Shown: piece after piece, positions 1 through 13,784 of the stretch
How positions within the stretch are numbered: position 1 is the first letter of the stretch
How the letters are laid out: the number at the start of each line of letters is the position of its first letter
Origin: Squalus acanthias
Lineage: Eukaryota
Direction: 5' to 3'
DNA length: 64,000 nt
Assembly (NCBI GenBank): GCA_030390025.1
Contig: CM059431.1
Span: forward strand, 95,792,001-95,856,000
Position numbers and translations under genes: made by a program
Notes under the pieces: model-generated
What the model saw: only the letters and a program-made list of their open reading frames with translations
Databases searched by the model: none
What the model was told of the DNA's origin: nothing

Positions 1-368
1 TGTTCACAGATGTGATTCCCAGTAAAAAAGTAAAATTTTTAAAGTTAATCGTTTTACATACAGACAGCAGCTTTTGACACGTTCGACCCCATGCGATTCC
101 ACCTCATTGTCTCAGTTGTATCTTGCTATGTCTTTGATGTGGTACCTTCCTGACCTGATTAACTTTATCACACCTCGGCAGATAAACAGTCAGGATGATT
201 GAATTCAGTTGTCTGCAATTGTAAGTTACACATGCTTTGTTCTCTATCTATATATGCTTTGACGATTCTGTATCTCCTCACTTCACCCGACGAAGGAGTT
301 TTAACTCCGAAAGCTTGTGATTTAAAATAAAACTGTTGGACTATAACCTGGTGTTGTGCGACCTCTCA
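1..368 (+). mobile_element. Penelope-like element terminal repeat (family P1), cut by window start
   Basis: 181-368 is homologous to the reverse complement of about 41231-41420; contains a hammerhead-like core followed by aaataaaactgttggactataacctggtgttg. Confidence 0.7.
283..320 (+). ncRNA. Minimal type I hammerhead ribozyme motif, core-mutated (U4C)
   Basis: tcac-CCGACGA-a-ggagt(ttta)actcc-GAAA-gctt-gtga; stems I and II pair, palindromic AGCT stem III; core reads CCGACGA instead of CTGACGA. Confidence 0.6.
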
Positions 369-1154
369 ATTTTGTCCATTTATAAAACCCAGGATCCCAT
401 ATGCTTTATTAACTGCTTTGTTAACCTATCCTGCCACCTTCAAAGGTTTGTGCACAATCACCCCAGATTGCTCTGTTCTTACATCCTTTTTAAAATTGTA
501 CCATTTAGTGTGTATTGTCTTTCCTCATTCTTCCGACCAAAATGTATCACCTTACACTTCTCTGCGTTGAATTTCATCTGCCATGTGTCCACCCATTCCA
601 AGAGTCTGTCTATGTCTTCTTGAAGTTTTAAAGAGTGTGCAGGAACAGAGGGACCTGGGAGTTAATGTGCATAAGTCCCTGAAGGTGGCAGGACATATTG
701 AGAGAGTGGTTAACAAAGCATATGGGATCTTGGGCTTCATAAATAGAGGTATTGAGTACAAAAGTAGAGAAGTTATGCTGAACCTTTATAAAGCGCTGGT
801 TAGGCCACAACTGGAGTATTGCGTCCAGTTCTGGTCACCACACCTTAGGAAGGATGTGAAGGCCCTTGACAGGGTGCAGAGGAGATTTACCAGAATGGTT
901 CTGGGGATGGGGGATCTTAGCTACAAGGACAGATTGGAGAAGCTGGATTTGTTTTCATTAGAGCAAAGGAGGTTGAGGGGTGATTTGATAGAGGTGTACA
1001 AGATTATGACAGGTTTGGATAGGCAAGATGGGGAAAGGGTGTTCCCACTAGTTGATGGTACAAGGACGAGGGGACACAGATTTAAGGTTTTGGGCAAGAG
1101 ATTCAGGGGGGATGTGAGGAATTTGCTGCCGACGGAAGTGGTGGAAGCGGACAC
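369..1154. mobile_element. CR1 LINE 3' RT fragments in inverted arrangement (369-620 minus, 621-1154 plus)
   Basis: ORF 583-1287 encodes RDLGV...LYKALVRPQLEYCVQFWSP...RRLRGDLIEVYK; the overlapping RT segment is on the minus strand at 369-620. Confidence 0.85.
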
Positions 1155-1155
1155 A

Positions 1156-1883
1156 CTGGAGGTGATTGGAGCGCTAAATCAGGCATTACACATCTCTCTT
1201 AAGGCGCTAACGTCGAGGAGTGAGGCGCTACCTCAGATGCTGGCAAAGCAATGGAACACAGGCACACTGGCACCAGCCAGTTCTTAAAGGGGAGGGTCGA
1301 TCTTGCTCTCCCTCCACACCCTGCTCATTTGCAGCCTTGAATATTGGCCTGGAGAGACCTGTACATCAAATCTGCTGGAAAGAACAATGGAGAGGCCCAG
1401 GAAAGAGCTCAGAGTGCAGCCCCCATTATCTCTTCTAAATCGATGCAAGGAAGGCCAAACCAAAATGAACCTGAAAAGTGCTGCTCAGTACCCAAAACTC
1501 CTTCACGTAGCGCTGAATCTCTCCAGAAGTCTCTCTTTCTCTCTCAGAATGCGTGGTGCAAAAATGTTGCCGACAAAAAAGGCAGTAAGCGGTCGCCTTT
1601 AAATAGCGCTCCCCCAGTCCCTTCCCAACTGCAAAACGTTCCGCTCAACCTGTCATTGCTAGCGGCAGGCGGAAAGGCAGGGGGTACCACTCAATATCCG
1701 GTCCGGGGCGCTACCGGGGCGTTGCATGCTCGACTGACGTCACAACCTGCGGGCGCAGGAGATCATGGCGGTAGTGTTTAGTGCCGCCGCAAAATGTCTG
1801 GTCAATTTCGCGAGCGGCGCAAACAACGCTAGTTGCTTTGCGACCCACTAACGGGAGGCGCAAAGCAACTGAATTTTTCCCCC
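1156..1883 (-). mobile_element. Non-autonomous deletion derivative of the Harbinger family at 10126-14145 (one end missing)
   Basis: About 1156-1420 matches the reverse complement of about 13760-14030, and about 1590-1883 matches the reverse complement of 10126-10440; ends in TIR gaatttttccccc followed by TAA. Confidence 0.8.
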
Positions 1884-1984
1884 TAAGTCTATTACTATCT
1901 TTCTCACTGTTTACTACACTTCCAAGTTGCTTGTCATCTGCAATTATTGAAATTGTGCCCTGTACGGCCCCAAGTCCAAGGAGG

Positions 1985-2847
1985 GGGAGGAATTCCTGAA
2001 ATGTGTACAGGACAAATTTCTTGATCAGTATTTTTCCAGCCCAAAAAGGATCTAGTTCTGAAAAATAAAGTGGGGCAAGTGCAGCAGGTTTCAGTGGGAG
2101 AGCATTTGGGAAACAGTGATAACAAAAAATTAGGTTTAGAGTAGTTATGGAAATGATTGGAAACAAAGATTATCAGGTAAAACAGTAAATGAGCCTTCAA
2201 AGAGATAGTTTAGGTACAGGCTGGACACATACGTATAAGGGGTGAAAAGAAGGGCATCCACAGCTAGAGCCCACTGGATGACTAAAGGAATTGGGATTGA
2301 AATGAAACAGAAAAAGAAGGCTTAGATAAATGGCAGGTTCATAATACAGTAGAGAATCAAGCAGAATACGGAAAGTGCGGAGAACTGACAAAGGAAATAA
2401 GAAGGAAAAATCCATGAGAAAAGATTAGCAGGTAACATAAAAGGGAACATTATAGTATTTTATAAACGTATCAAGAATAAAAGGATAGTTAAAGGAAGGG
2501 TGGGGCCAGTTAGGGACCGAAAAGGAAATCTTCTTGTGGAGCTAGATGGCATGGCTGTGGTTCGAAATAAGTACTTTGCAGCTGTCTTTGCTAAAGAAGA
2601 AGATCATGCCAATGTCACAGAAAAGGAGGAGGTAGAGAAATTAGATAGGATAAAAATAGATAAAGAGAAGGTACTAAAACGGTTGGCATTGTTCAAAGTA
2701 AAAGTCACCTGGTCCAGATGGGATGTATCCTACATTGATGAGGGAAGCAAGGGTGAAAATAGCAGAGGCTTTGGCCACAATCTTTTAATCCTACTTGGAT
2801 ATGGGAGTTGTGCCAAAAGACTGGAGGGTTGCAAATGTTATAACCCT
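1985..2847 (+). mobile_element. Old degraded CR1 ORF2 (EN-RT linker); apparently continues at 17741-18398
   Basis: GPVRDRKGNL...NKYFAAVF and SPGPDG-like motifs; RT motifs (QHGF, FQKVFDKVPH) resume after the SINE/Tx1 block. Confidence 0.75.
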
Positions 2848-3171
2848 GTTGTAACGTAGGAAACACGACAGCCAATTTGTGCACAGCAAGCTCCCACAAC
2901 CAGCAATGTGGTATTGACCAGATAATCTGTTTTTTTGGCCAGGACACTGGGGGTAACTCCCCTGCTCTTCTTCAAAACAGTGCCATGGGATCTTTTGCGA
3001 CCACCTGCGAGGGCAGGTCGTTTAATGTCGCATCTGAAAGATGGCATCTCCGACAGTGTAGCACTCCCTCAGTACTGCACTGGAGTGTCAGCCTAGATTT
3101 TCGAGCTTAAGTCTCTGAAGTAGGGCTTGAACCCACAACCTTCTGGCTCAGAGGCGAGAGTCCTACCCACT
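2848..3171 (-). mobile_element. tRNA-derived Deu-domain SINE; 5' end displaced to 17708-17739 by a Tx1 insertion
   Basis: Closely matches the uninterrupted copy at 23360-23829; Deu-type core (gtgcagtactgagggagtgc...gatcccatggcact); B box ggttcaagccc on the minus strand. Confidence 0.8.
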
Positions 3172-4350
3172 TTTTTTTTCATTGAACATTAAAATCATTT
3201 ATAATATTATGATCATTCCATTGTATCATACAAATCCATTCCGCCACTCTGCACAGCCATTCCTCCAACACATATTAACATCAAAACCTGAAGTTTAATT
3301 TGTCTCCCGTAACATATTAACCTATTGTACTTTAAAAATTGATCATAAAATACTGATCATTTAAATTCCTTTCTGAATAAAACATCCACAGAGCCTTATA
3401 ATGATCTTTTAGCTTATATTTAGGTTTATTCTACCCCCACCCCTCCCCCCCACTCTAAAGCAGAACATACCTTCTTTGCACAATCAGAAACCTAGCCAAA
3501 CTGAACATTAAATTAATTGCCGCTCCACTAGACTCGAGCAGACTCTGCTGCAATCCCCATCTCAAAATTGAGTCTCACGGGATTTCCATTCTCATTCTTC
3601 GGTCCCCAGCCAGCAAAAAAAACTCATACAACTGTCGAACATAGTACTTAAAATCATTTAACTGCGAACATAACACCAGCATATGGGACAGAGACTCATC
3701 CCGTGTCCCACACACTGCGCCAGTTGCCCCCTCCACTCGCCCAATCTTACATAAGACTGTCATGGTAAAAATCCGGTTATGAGCCAATTTGAAATCCAGT
3801 TCAATCCACTCTGGACATTTAAAATTCGCCCACACTCCCTTCCAAATCCTGTTGAAGTCCAGCTGTGGGTATATACTCTGCCAAAACTCCTGACAAGCAG
3901 GTATCTTGAATCTCCATTCTCTAAATACCCTATAGAAATCTCGAGTATTACAGTTGTCAAATTGGACCAACTCCTCCCCTTTCTCCAGCAGAAAGCTTGG
4001 AAAAGCGGGACGCATTTTACTTCCTTTGGAGATTTGCGCATTTATTTCTACCATCCAATCATGTGGCATTGCCCTCACAATCTTCTCATACATGATCATA
4101 ATTGCTTTTTCCTCTACCTCTTGATCCTCCTCCCAAACCATGTCCCTCACTACTGCTTCTGGCAACCAACCTGGAAATACCTCATATAATACATCTTTCA
4201 CGTATATAATACCAGCTTTTATAAAACCTTGATTAAATAATACCTCTCCTTCAATGTTGACCCACCTGTTCAAAAATAAGGGCTGTTCTAAAAATTCCTC
4301 AGCACCCTTGGGCATAAACTGCACACTTTACAAAAATTGGGCCCAAGTCT

Positions 4351-7300
4351 TTTTTTTTTATTCGCTTATGGGATCTGGGCGTCGCTGGCAAGACCAGCAT
4401 TTATTGCCCATCCCTGCTTGCCCTTGAGATGGTGGTGGTGAGCCGCCTTCTTGAACCGCTGCAGTCCATGTGGTGAAGGTACTCCCACAGTGCTGTTAGG
4501 TAGAGAGTTCCAAGATTTTGACCCAGCGACGATGAAGGATAGGCGATATACTTCTAAGTCAGGATGGTGTGTGACTTGGAGGGGAACTTGGAGGTGGTGG
4601 TGTTCCCATGCACCTGCTGCCCTTGTCCTTCTAGGTGGTAGAGGTTGCGGGTTTGGGAGGTGCTGCTGAAGAAGCCTTGGCGAGTTGCTGCATTGTATCT
4701 TGTAGATGGTGCACACTGCAGCCACGGTACGCCAGTTGTGGAGGGAGTGGATGTTTAAGGTGGTGGATGGGATGCCAATCAAGTGGGCTGCTTTGTCCTG
4801 GATGTTGTCGAGCTTCTTGAGTGTTGTTGGAGCTGCACTCATCCAGGCAACTGCAGAGTACTCCATCACACTCCTTACTTGTGCCTTGTGGTGGAGTGCT
4901 CCAGCATTGATTTTCCTGCGGCATTGTTTCTGTTGCTGCTGCTGCTTTGGGGTTACGTTGATGGAAATGACAGAGCGGATTAGGCGGTGGTCTGTCCAGC
5001 AGTCGTCAGCTCCTGTCATGGCGCGGGTGATACGGATGTCCTTGCAGTCCCTCGCTCGGACGATGACGTAGTCCAGCAGATGCCAGTGCTTGGAGCGACA
5101 GTGTTGACATGAAGCCTTGTACTTGTCTCTCTGACGGAAAAAGGTGTTGGTTATGACAAGGCCATGTTCTAAGCATTTCGTCAGGAGGAGGGTACCATTG
5201 GAGTTGGCTTTCCCTAGCCCCTCTCTGCCGATCACACCTCCCCAGAGATCTGTGTCCTTTCCAACTCTGGCGTTGCAGTCGCCAAGGAGAATCAGCTTGT
5301 CACCCATTGGGACTCGGGACAGGGCTTGTTCGAAGCTGGAGTAGAATAACTCTTTGGTCACATCTGTGGCTTCCAGTGTTGGGACGCACTGGTTCCGGGC
5401 TAGGGTGAGCCGTAGAGTCATGAGGCGTTCGTTTATTCCACAAGGGGAGTCTCTGAGACGTGCAACTAGCTCATTTTTTATGGCAAAACCTACCCCATGG
5501 AGGCGGCATTCTTCTTCAGGTTTGCCTTTCCTTGCTCTTTGAGTTGGCCTTCCCCAGCCCGCCGGGTCTCGCTTAGGGCGGTGATGTCTATGTCGAAACG
5601 CTGAGCTCCCGGGCAACGATAGGTGCCTGCTGTACATGGTCCATGTCTCTGAAGCATACAGCAGGGCGGGTATCACTACTGCTCTGTAGACCATGAGCTT
5701 GGTGCTGGGTTTGAGGTCCTGGTCTTCAAACACTCTCTTCCTCAGGCAACCAAAGGCTGCACTGGCATACTAAAGGCGGTGTTGGACTTCGTCATCGACG
5801 TCTGCCCTTGTTGACAGTAGGCTGCCGAGTATTGAAAGTGGTCCACGTTGTCCAAGGCCTCGTCTTGGATTTTGATAATCGGGGAGCAGTACTGTGTGGC
5901 GGGGGCAGGTTGGTAGAGGACCTTTGTCTTACGAATGTTTCGTGTAAGGCCCATGCTCTCGTACGCTTCGGTGAAGGTGTTGACGATGGTTTGGAGTTCG
6001 GCCTCAGAGTGTGCTCAGATGCAAGCGTCGTCTGCATACTGTAATTCGATGACAGAGGATGGGATGACCTTGGATCTGGACTGGAGGCGCCGGAGGTTGA
6101 ACAGTTTCCCGTTTGTTCTGTAGATTAGATCCACTCCAGCGGGGAGCTTACTGAGGGTGAGATGGAGCATTGCAGCCAGGAAGATCGAGAAGAGCGTTGG
6201 TGCGATGACATAGCATTGCTTGACCCCGGTCCGTACATGAATTGGGTCTGTGGTGGATCAGTTGGTCAGGATCACGGCTTGCATGCCGTCGTGAAGCAGG
6301 CGGAGGATGGTGAAAAACTTTTGAGGGCAGCCGAATTTGAGAAGAACACTCCATAATCCCTCACGGTTGCTGGTGTCGAAGGCCTTTGTGAGGTCAAAGA
6401 AGGCCATGTACAGCGGTTGGTGCTGTTCCCTGCATTTCTCTTGTAGTTGACCCGCAGTGAAGATCATGTCCATTGTGCCCCTTAGTGGGCGGAATCCGCA
6501 TTGCGACTCTGGAAGGAGCTCTTCAGCCACTGGTAGAAGGTGATTGAGGAGGATTCTTGCGATGACTTTCCCTGTGGCAGACAGCAGGGAGACTCCTCTG
6601 TAATTATCGCAATCGGACTTGTCACCTTTCTTGAAGATGGTCACGAGTACGGCATCTCTGAGATCCCCTGGCATGCTCTCCTCCTTCCAAATAAGAGAAA
6701 TTAGTTCATGTATTCGCACCAATAGGGATTCTCCGCCATGTTTTAGCGCCTCGGCGGGGATTCCATCTGCTCCTGAGGCCTTGTTGTTCTTAAGTTGTTG
6801 GATGGCCTTTTCAACCTCATGCCGGGCTGGGGTTGTGCTGAGGTGGTGGCAGGTAGCATGCTGCGGGATGGAGTTGAGGACACTCGCGTCGAAGACAGAG
6901 TCTCGGTTAAGGAGCTCTTCGAAGTGCTCCTTCCAGCGGGCACTGACTGGCCAGCAGTGGGGTAGGACCTTGGGTGCGTGGGCCGTAGGTGGTCTTGACT
7001 GCGCTAAAGAATCCACGCACGTCATGGTCGTCGGCTAGCTGCTGGATCTCCTGCACTTTCTCCACCCACCATCTGTTCTTTAGGTTGCGAGTTTTTTGTT
7101 GGACCACGGCCTTCAGGCATCTGTAGAGCTGCTTTCTTGCTCTCGAGTTCTGTTGCTGTTTCCAGATCAGGAATGCCTTACGCCTGCGGCTTATTAGCTC
7201 CTGGATCTTCTGGTCAATCTCGTCGAACTAGTCTTGGGGTTTCCTGTTCGAGTGACCGAGCGTCTCTTCACAGGTGCTGATTATGGAGGCCTTGAGTGCA

Positions 7301-9230
7301 GACCAGGAGCTGTGGACATTCTGTGTCTCTGAATCATGGAAGTCGTCAGGTTGGTTGTGAGGCGCAGGCTGAATAGGGCTTTCTTAGCAGGGTCTTTGAG
7401 TGCTCTAGCGTTGATTTTCCTGCGGCTTTGAGGTGCCTACTGTACAGTTCCATGTACAGCAGGCACCTCAAAGTACTGGAGAGGTACCACCAACGCAGCC
7501 TCCGCAAGATCCTGCAAAACCATTGGCAGGGTAGGCGCACCAACGTCAGTGTTCTCACTCAGGGCAACATCCCCAACATCGAAGCTTTGACCACGCTCGA
7601 TCAGCTCCGATGGACGGGCCACATCGTCCACATTCCCGATACGAGACTCCCAAAACAAGCGCTCTACTCGGAGCTCCGACATGGCAAGAGATCCCCAGGT
7701 GGGCAGAGGAAATGCTTCAAGGACACTCTCAAAGCCTCCTTGAAAAAGTGCAACATTCCCACCGACACCTGGGAATCCCTGGCCCAAGACCACACAAAGT
7801 GGAGGAGAAGCATCCGGGAAGGCGCCGAACACCTCGAGTCTCTTCGCTGGGAGCAAGCGGAAACCAAGCGCAAACAGCGGAAGGAGCGCACGTCAACCCA
7901 AGAAACCCACCCACCCGCCCCTTCAACCAACGTCTGCCCCACCTGTGACAGAGACTGTAGGTCCCGCATTGGACTCATCAGTCACCTGAGAACTCATTTT
8001 TAGTGTGGAAGCAAGTCATCCTCGGTTCCCGAGGGACTGCCTAAGAAGAAGAAGAGATGGTGGAAAGGCTTTGGGGAGTCAGGAGGTGAGACACTCGCCG
8101 CAGAATACCTAGCCTCTGACCTGCTCTTGTTGCCACAGTATTTATGTGGCTGGTCCACTTAAGTTTCTGGTTAATGGTGACCCCCAGGATGTTGATAGTG
8201 GGGGATTCGGCGATGGTAATGCCGTTGAATGTCAAGGGGAGGTGGTTAGACTCTCGCCTGTTGGAGATAGTCATTGCCTGGCATTTCTGTGGCGCGAATG
8301 TTACCTGCCACTTATCAGCCCAAGCCTGAACGTCATCCAGGTCTTGTTGCTTGCGGGCATGGACTGCTTCATTATCTGAGGAGTTGTGAATGGCGCTGAA
8401 CACTGTGCAGTCATCAGCGAACATCCACATTTGTGACCTTATGTTGGAAGGAAGGTCATTGATGAAGCAGCTGAAGATGGTTGGGCCTAGGACACTGCCC
8501 TGAGGAACTCCTGCAGCGATGTCCTGGGGCTGTGATGATTGACCTTCAGCCACCACAACCATCTTCCTTTGTGCTAGGTATGACTCCAGCCAGTGGAACG
8601 TTTTCTCCCTGATTCCCATTGACTTCAGTTTTACTAGGGCTCCTTGATGGCTAACTCGATCAAATGCTGCCTTGATGTCAAGGGCAGTCACTCTCACCTC
8701 ACCTCTGGAATTCAGCTCCTTTGTCCATGTTTGGACCAAGGCTGCAATGAGGTCGGGAGCTGAGTGGTCTTGGCGGAACCCAAACTGGGCATCAGTGAGC
8801 AGGTTATTGGTGAGTAAGTGCCGCTTGATAGCACTGTTGATGACACCTTCCATCACTTTGCTGATGATTGAGAGTAGACTGATGGGGCGGTAATTGGCTG
8901 GGTTGGATTTGTCCTGGTTTTTGTGGACAGAACACACCTGGGCTGTTTTCCACATTGTTGGATCGATGCCAGTGTTGTAGCTGTACTGGAACAGCTTGGC
9001 TAGAGGCACGGATAGTTCTGGAGCACAAGTCTTCAGCACAAAAGCTGGGATGTTGTCGGGGCCCTTAGCCTTTGCTGTATCCAGTGTACTCAGCCATTTC
9101 TTGATATCACGTGGAGTGAATTGAATTGGCTGAAGACTGGCTTCTGTGCTGGTGGAGACCTCGGGAGTAGGCCGATATGGATCACCCACTCGGCACTTCT
9201 GGCTGAAGTTGGTTGCAAACGCTTCAGCCT
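4351..9230 (-). mobile_element. 5'-truncated CR1/Jockey-group LINE (family B), interrupted by an RTE element
   Basis: RT in ORF 8041-9285 (ANYRPISLLS, QFGFR, ALDIKAAFD, GVPQGSVLGP, FADD); 3' part at 4351-4889 with poly(A) tail. Confidence 0.88.
4895..8054. mobile_element. RTE-clade LINE, rearranged: EN (4895-5620, minus), RT (5621-7427, minus), 3' end (7428-8054, plus) with (AAG)n tail
   Basis: HGVGFAIKN/DHRLI endonuclease motifs; NYRGVSLLS, ESQCGFR, FFDLTKAFD RT motifs; C-terminal CPTCDRDCRSRIGLISHLRTH; tail ctaagaagaagaag. Confidence 0.88.
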
Positions 9231-10698
9231 TCTCTACAACCCCCTTATAAAACCAAGGGATGGGTTTAATTGATTTCAAAAACATATTATTCTATTCCAT
9301 ATAAAATATCCCCTGTCCTCCTATCCCATTTCGTTTTAAAAAATGCTCAAATCAACTCTTCCAAAAACTTGTATTTGACTTTTTTGAAAATCTCTTCACC
9401 CATTTGATTCTAAAGGATTTTTTCTTCAAATCAGTATCTGGGAAATTGAGTCCTCCCTGATTTCTCCATCCAATGATGGTATTGTAAGCAACAAAGGCTG
9501 ATTTCCCTTCCCATAAAAACCTCTCAGATGGACTTATCCACCCACTCAGGAATATCCTCCACCGTCAATAAGTACCATAGTTTAGATAGCAGGAGAGCGG
9601 ATACCACTGTCGCTCTTCCTTGCACATTCAACCACCTTCTTTCTCATCTTCCCAAAATCTTTTTAATTTTCAATACCTTCGGTTCCCAATTTAATCGATC
9701 CACTTCATCCCTGTCTTTCTTACACCCCATATGCACCCCCAGAACTTCCAAAACCTCCACCACCTTAAAGGGGCTTTCCTCCAACCACTCACCCCACCCC
9801 TTCCCGCATCCAGGCATTGGGACTTACTATAATTCACTCTGGATCCCAAAGCTTTACAGTACTCCTCCACTACTCCCATAGCTTTCCTCACCGACTCCCC
9901 ATCTCTCAACGTTAAGGTTGTGTCATCTGCATATTGGTGTATCACGACACCCGCCCGTAACTGGGAACCACAATCCCGACTGCACCTTGTTCTTTTCGCA
10001 TCATTCAATTTAATGGTTCTGCTACCAATGTGTACAGCAATGGGGGCGGGGGACAACCCTGTCTCACTGACCTCTGTATCAGAAAATACTTGGATAAAAA
10101 ACCATTACATTTAGCACAGCTAAATGGGGGGAAAATTCAGTTGGTTTGCGCCTCCCATTAGCGCCTTAAGAGGGCGCAAAGCAACTCGTGCCCGGGCACG
10201 GCGATATCTGCACCTCTCGCGAAATTGACCGGACATTTTGCGGCGGCGCTAAACAATACCGCCCCGATCTCCTGCGCACGCAGATCTTGACATCATTCGA
10301 GCGTGCAACGCCCTTGGGGCGTCCCGGAATGGAAATTGAGTGGCGGCCCCCTCCTTTCCGCCTGGCGCAACCAACGACAGGTAGAGTGGAATGCTTCCCA
10401 GTCGCTGTGGGGCTGGGGGGGCGCTATTTAAAGGGGGCCTCTTCCTGGCTTTTTCTGTGGTGGACATTTTTGCATCACTCGTTCTGAGAGAGAGATTTTG
10501 AGAGAGAGAAAGAGAGACTTCTGCATTGAGTCAACGCAGTGTGAAGTAGTTTTGGCTACTGAGCATAACTTTGCAAGTACTTTGGTTTTTGACCTTCATT
10601 ACTTTGATTGCCAAGAGACTTCGGGGGCTGCACTAATTGGGGGCGTCGTCCTGCGCCAGCAGAATCGGAGGCCACAGAGACGCAGAGAGAGAGTGGCA

Positions 10699-11646
10699 AT
10701 TATGGCCAGACGGAGGAGGGCCAACAGGCCTCAGTACAGGAGACCTTACCCTCCCAGGGTATTTCGCCAACAATTCTCAAACATTAATATGTCTGAGGAG
10801 CAGTGTTTGCAAGGCTGCGCTTCAGCAAGGAGGTGGTCACTGAGCTCTGCCACCTGTTGCAGCCAGATCTGCAGCCTCTACTGAGGACCAGGACGTCTCT
10901 GTCGGTGGCAGTGAAGGTCACAGTGGCTCTCAACTTTTATGCCACCGGCTCATTTCAATCAGCTACTGGGGACATCGCCAATATCTCCCAGTTCACGGTC
11001 CATTGCTGCATCCGTCAGGTCACAAATGCCCTCTATAAAAGGAGTACATCTCTTTCCCCATGACCCCGGCCAAGCAGCATGAACGGGCTTTGCGAGGATA
11101 GCGGGCTTCCCCATGCTGCAGGGCGCCATTGACTGCACGCATGAGAATGCAGAGGATTTCTGCAACCGAAAGGGGTTCCATTCCCTAAAAGTGCAGTTGG
11201 TCTGTGACCACAGACAGCTGATACTCGCTGTCAATGCCCGCTATCCTGGCAGCATCCACAATGCATACATCCTGCGCCAGACTACTGTGGCAGAACTTTT
11301 CCAGGCACCGCATCACCCAGGTGGTTGGCTTCTCGGGGACAAGGGATATGCACTGTGCACCTGGCTGATGACACCGCTCTATACGCCCAACACCCCTGCT
11401 GAGCTGTGGTACAACGAGAGCCATCTAGCTACCAGGAACATCGTTGAGCACACAATCGGCGTGCTCAAGCAACGGTTCCGCTGTCTGGACCATTCTAGAG
11501 GAGCCCTGCAGTACTCGCCTGAGCAAGTCTCCCTCTTCGTTGTGTGCTGCATGCTGCATAACCTGGCAATCCTCAGGACCCAGCCAATGCCACCAGGCCT
11601 TGGAGCACCACCAGAGGAAGAAGAGGAGGAGGATGATCATCAGTAG
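10699..11646 (+). pseudogene. Harbinger (HARBI1-like) DDE transposase, frameshifted
   Basis: RLRFSKE..., ALNFYATGSFQ, GAIDCTH, NRKGFHS, LLGDKGY, RNIVEHTIGVLKQRFRCL. Confidence 0.9.
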
Positions 11647-12020
11647 CACCAAGGCGGGAGGGAGACCTACAATGTAGAAACTGGAAGGGCCGTCCGTCAA
11701 CGGTTGATAGCGAGCCGCTTCTAGGCCCCTGCTGAGGAAATGGCTTCTGCCATTGAGAACATGAATGAAACCAACCCGCAACCCCTAAGCCGGCCAAGGC
11801 AGCAATGATTCCAAAGACCAAACATGTACATTTTGAATACAAAAACTTATTTATTTCACAAACTCTGTGTGTGTCATTTCCTCATGACAAACTAATAGAA
11901 AGAAACACAAAAACACAGTCATTAACATAACTGGTTCTCATAACCTGGAGATAATGTTCAAAAGTTTGACCACGACCCTCAGCCTTTAATAAAAAAATGA
12001 CCAACATTTTGTCACACCTC

Positions 12021-13784
12021 CTACTTTTTACCCTTCGAGGGTGATCTCCTTCCCTTGCGCACTTCCCCCCTTCCCACCCTACTGCTCCTCCGTAATGGGA
12101 CCTCAGTGGCTGCAGCAAGGCTGGTGGAAGGCTGCTGATTGTCAGAACCTGAGACTGCAGATGCCCTTGAAGGACGGCCTCGACCAGCTCTGGACCTGAA
12201 GGGCCCGGCTGCAGATTGCACCAACTCTGCATGGGCGGCAGCAGTCTGTCCTACAGGCGGTGGCAAGTGCAGTGGAGAAGTGACAGTGGTGGCAGCAGGA
12301 ATGCTGTCATCTTGAGAGAGGACAGCAACTCGCTGCTCGACTGACACACTGGCACTCCCACGGGGCAGCACTTCAGCATCCGGAGCAATCTGCTGGAGCA
12401 CAGATTGCTGGCCTGCTGCGGCGTGGTGAGAGCCCCGGGGAAATGTGTCCGAACCAGTGAGGATGGCAGCAGTCAGTGCTCGCGTGGCCTCAATCTGAGT
12501 CTGCATGAGAGCAGTCAGAGATGGGGTCATGGCAGCCAGTGACTGAATTGCAGCACTAAACATTTGCGTGGCATCTGCCTGTGCTACAGCGAAGTGCTCC
12601 ACACTCCTTGCCAGTGATTCAATGCATTCGGGCACCCTTCCCACTGCACCCATGAGCTCAGTGTGCATGTCCACCGCCTGGCTGTTCTATTCAGCGATCA
12701 ACCGCTCCTCCTCTGCGTCCAGTGCAGTAGGACTCGCTGGCATACTCTCCCTCCATGGAGAAGGCCCCCGAGCTTCCCTACTCCCATCGCGTTGCTAAGC
12801 CCGCTGGGTCCTGGAGCTTCACCCTCATCAGACCCTTCCCCCCTGCTCCCCTCCAGGGAAGGCGTGTTCCCAGTGTGGGCATGGGCTTCCTCGGGAGAGG
12901 GTGGCGTTGATGCTCCAGCTTTATCTTCCTCCTCGCCTGCAGCTTCACTCCCACTGGCAGCTTGAAGGCCCGTCTCTTCAGCTGGTGAATCACCATCTGA
13001 AAGCAGGGAGGTACAAGAGTGGCTTTAGCGTGAGGACAGGGTGGCAGTAAGGGAGGAATGAGTGCAGCGATTTAGTAAGTTGGATTGAAAGTGTCAATGG
13101 CTGATGTTGTGAGGGACAAGTGGAAGGAGAGAGGACAAAAAGGTGATGACCTTACCATTGCTGTCCAGAATGGGGTCGGCGTCTCCAGTGGCGACGGGAC
13201 CGATCACCCGGCTTGCCACAATCCTCTGGACGCGCGCCTCAAGATCGCTGAGGGGTTGCAGCTGAGGCCGCCCTCCACCCGTCCGTTGCTGCTGTCTCCT
13301 ATTATGAGATAGCTTGGCCTGCAAGAAAAAGGACGGCGTCTGAGTAAATATACAGCCATGGTCTTGCCTGATGTGCCTCCCATAGATGAATAGCCCTTAC
13401 TGTATGCAAAGTGTGGAATGTGCGTGTGTGTTTCATGAGAGGGCCATAGGAGTTGGATGAGTGTTGTGCATTGGGGTTTTAAGACCCTCTGGCCATAGAG
13501 TGAGGTTGAGATGGGGGGATGGAGAGGTATTGAAAAAAAGCCACTCACCCTGACGACCTGAGTGAGGTCGTTGAACTTTTTTCGACATTTTATATGGGTC
13601 CTGGGCACCATGCTTCTGGAGGAGACGCTCTTGCCACCTCCCTCCACACTCTTCTGTAATCGCGCGGCAAAGGCCTCCTGCCACTCTCTGGGTACAGTAT
13701 TGATCTTCTGCGCTCCACCGCGCCAAACAGAGCCTCCAAGGCCCGCTCGCTGAAGTGCTGTGCTCGCTCCCTGGCCCTCTCCAT
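12021..13784 (-). pseudogene. Harbinger Myb/SANT-like DNA-binding protein, 3 exons (13784-13549, 13318-13156, 12996-12021)
   Basis: FSERALEAL...W...CRKKFNDL Myb motif; donors gtgagt and gtaag, acceptors ttgcag and tttcag; basic C-terminus; frameshifts present. Confidence 0.8.

Noticed and set aside
4366..5733. 455-aa ORF as a novel fusion protein
   Set aside because: It is a chance in-frame read-through of RTE RT end, RTE EN and family B LINE C-terminus across insertion junctions.
11113..11646. Domesticated HARBI1 host gene
   Set aside because: It is frameshifted and lies inside TIR/TSD-bounded Harbinger DNA nested in a LINE.
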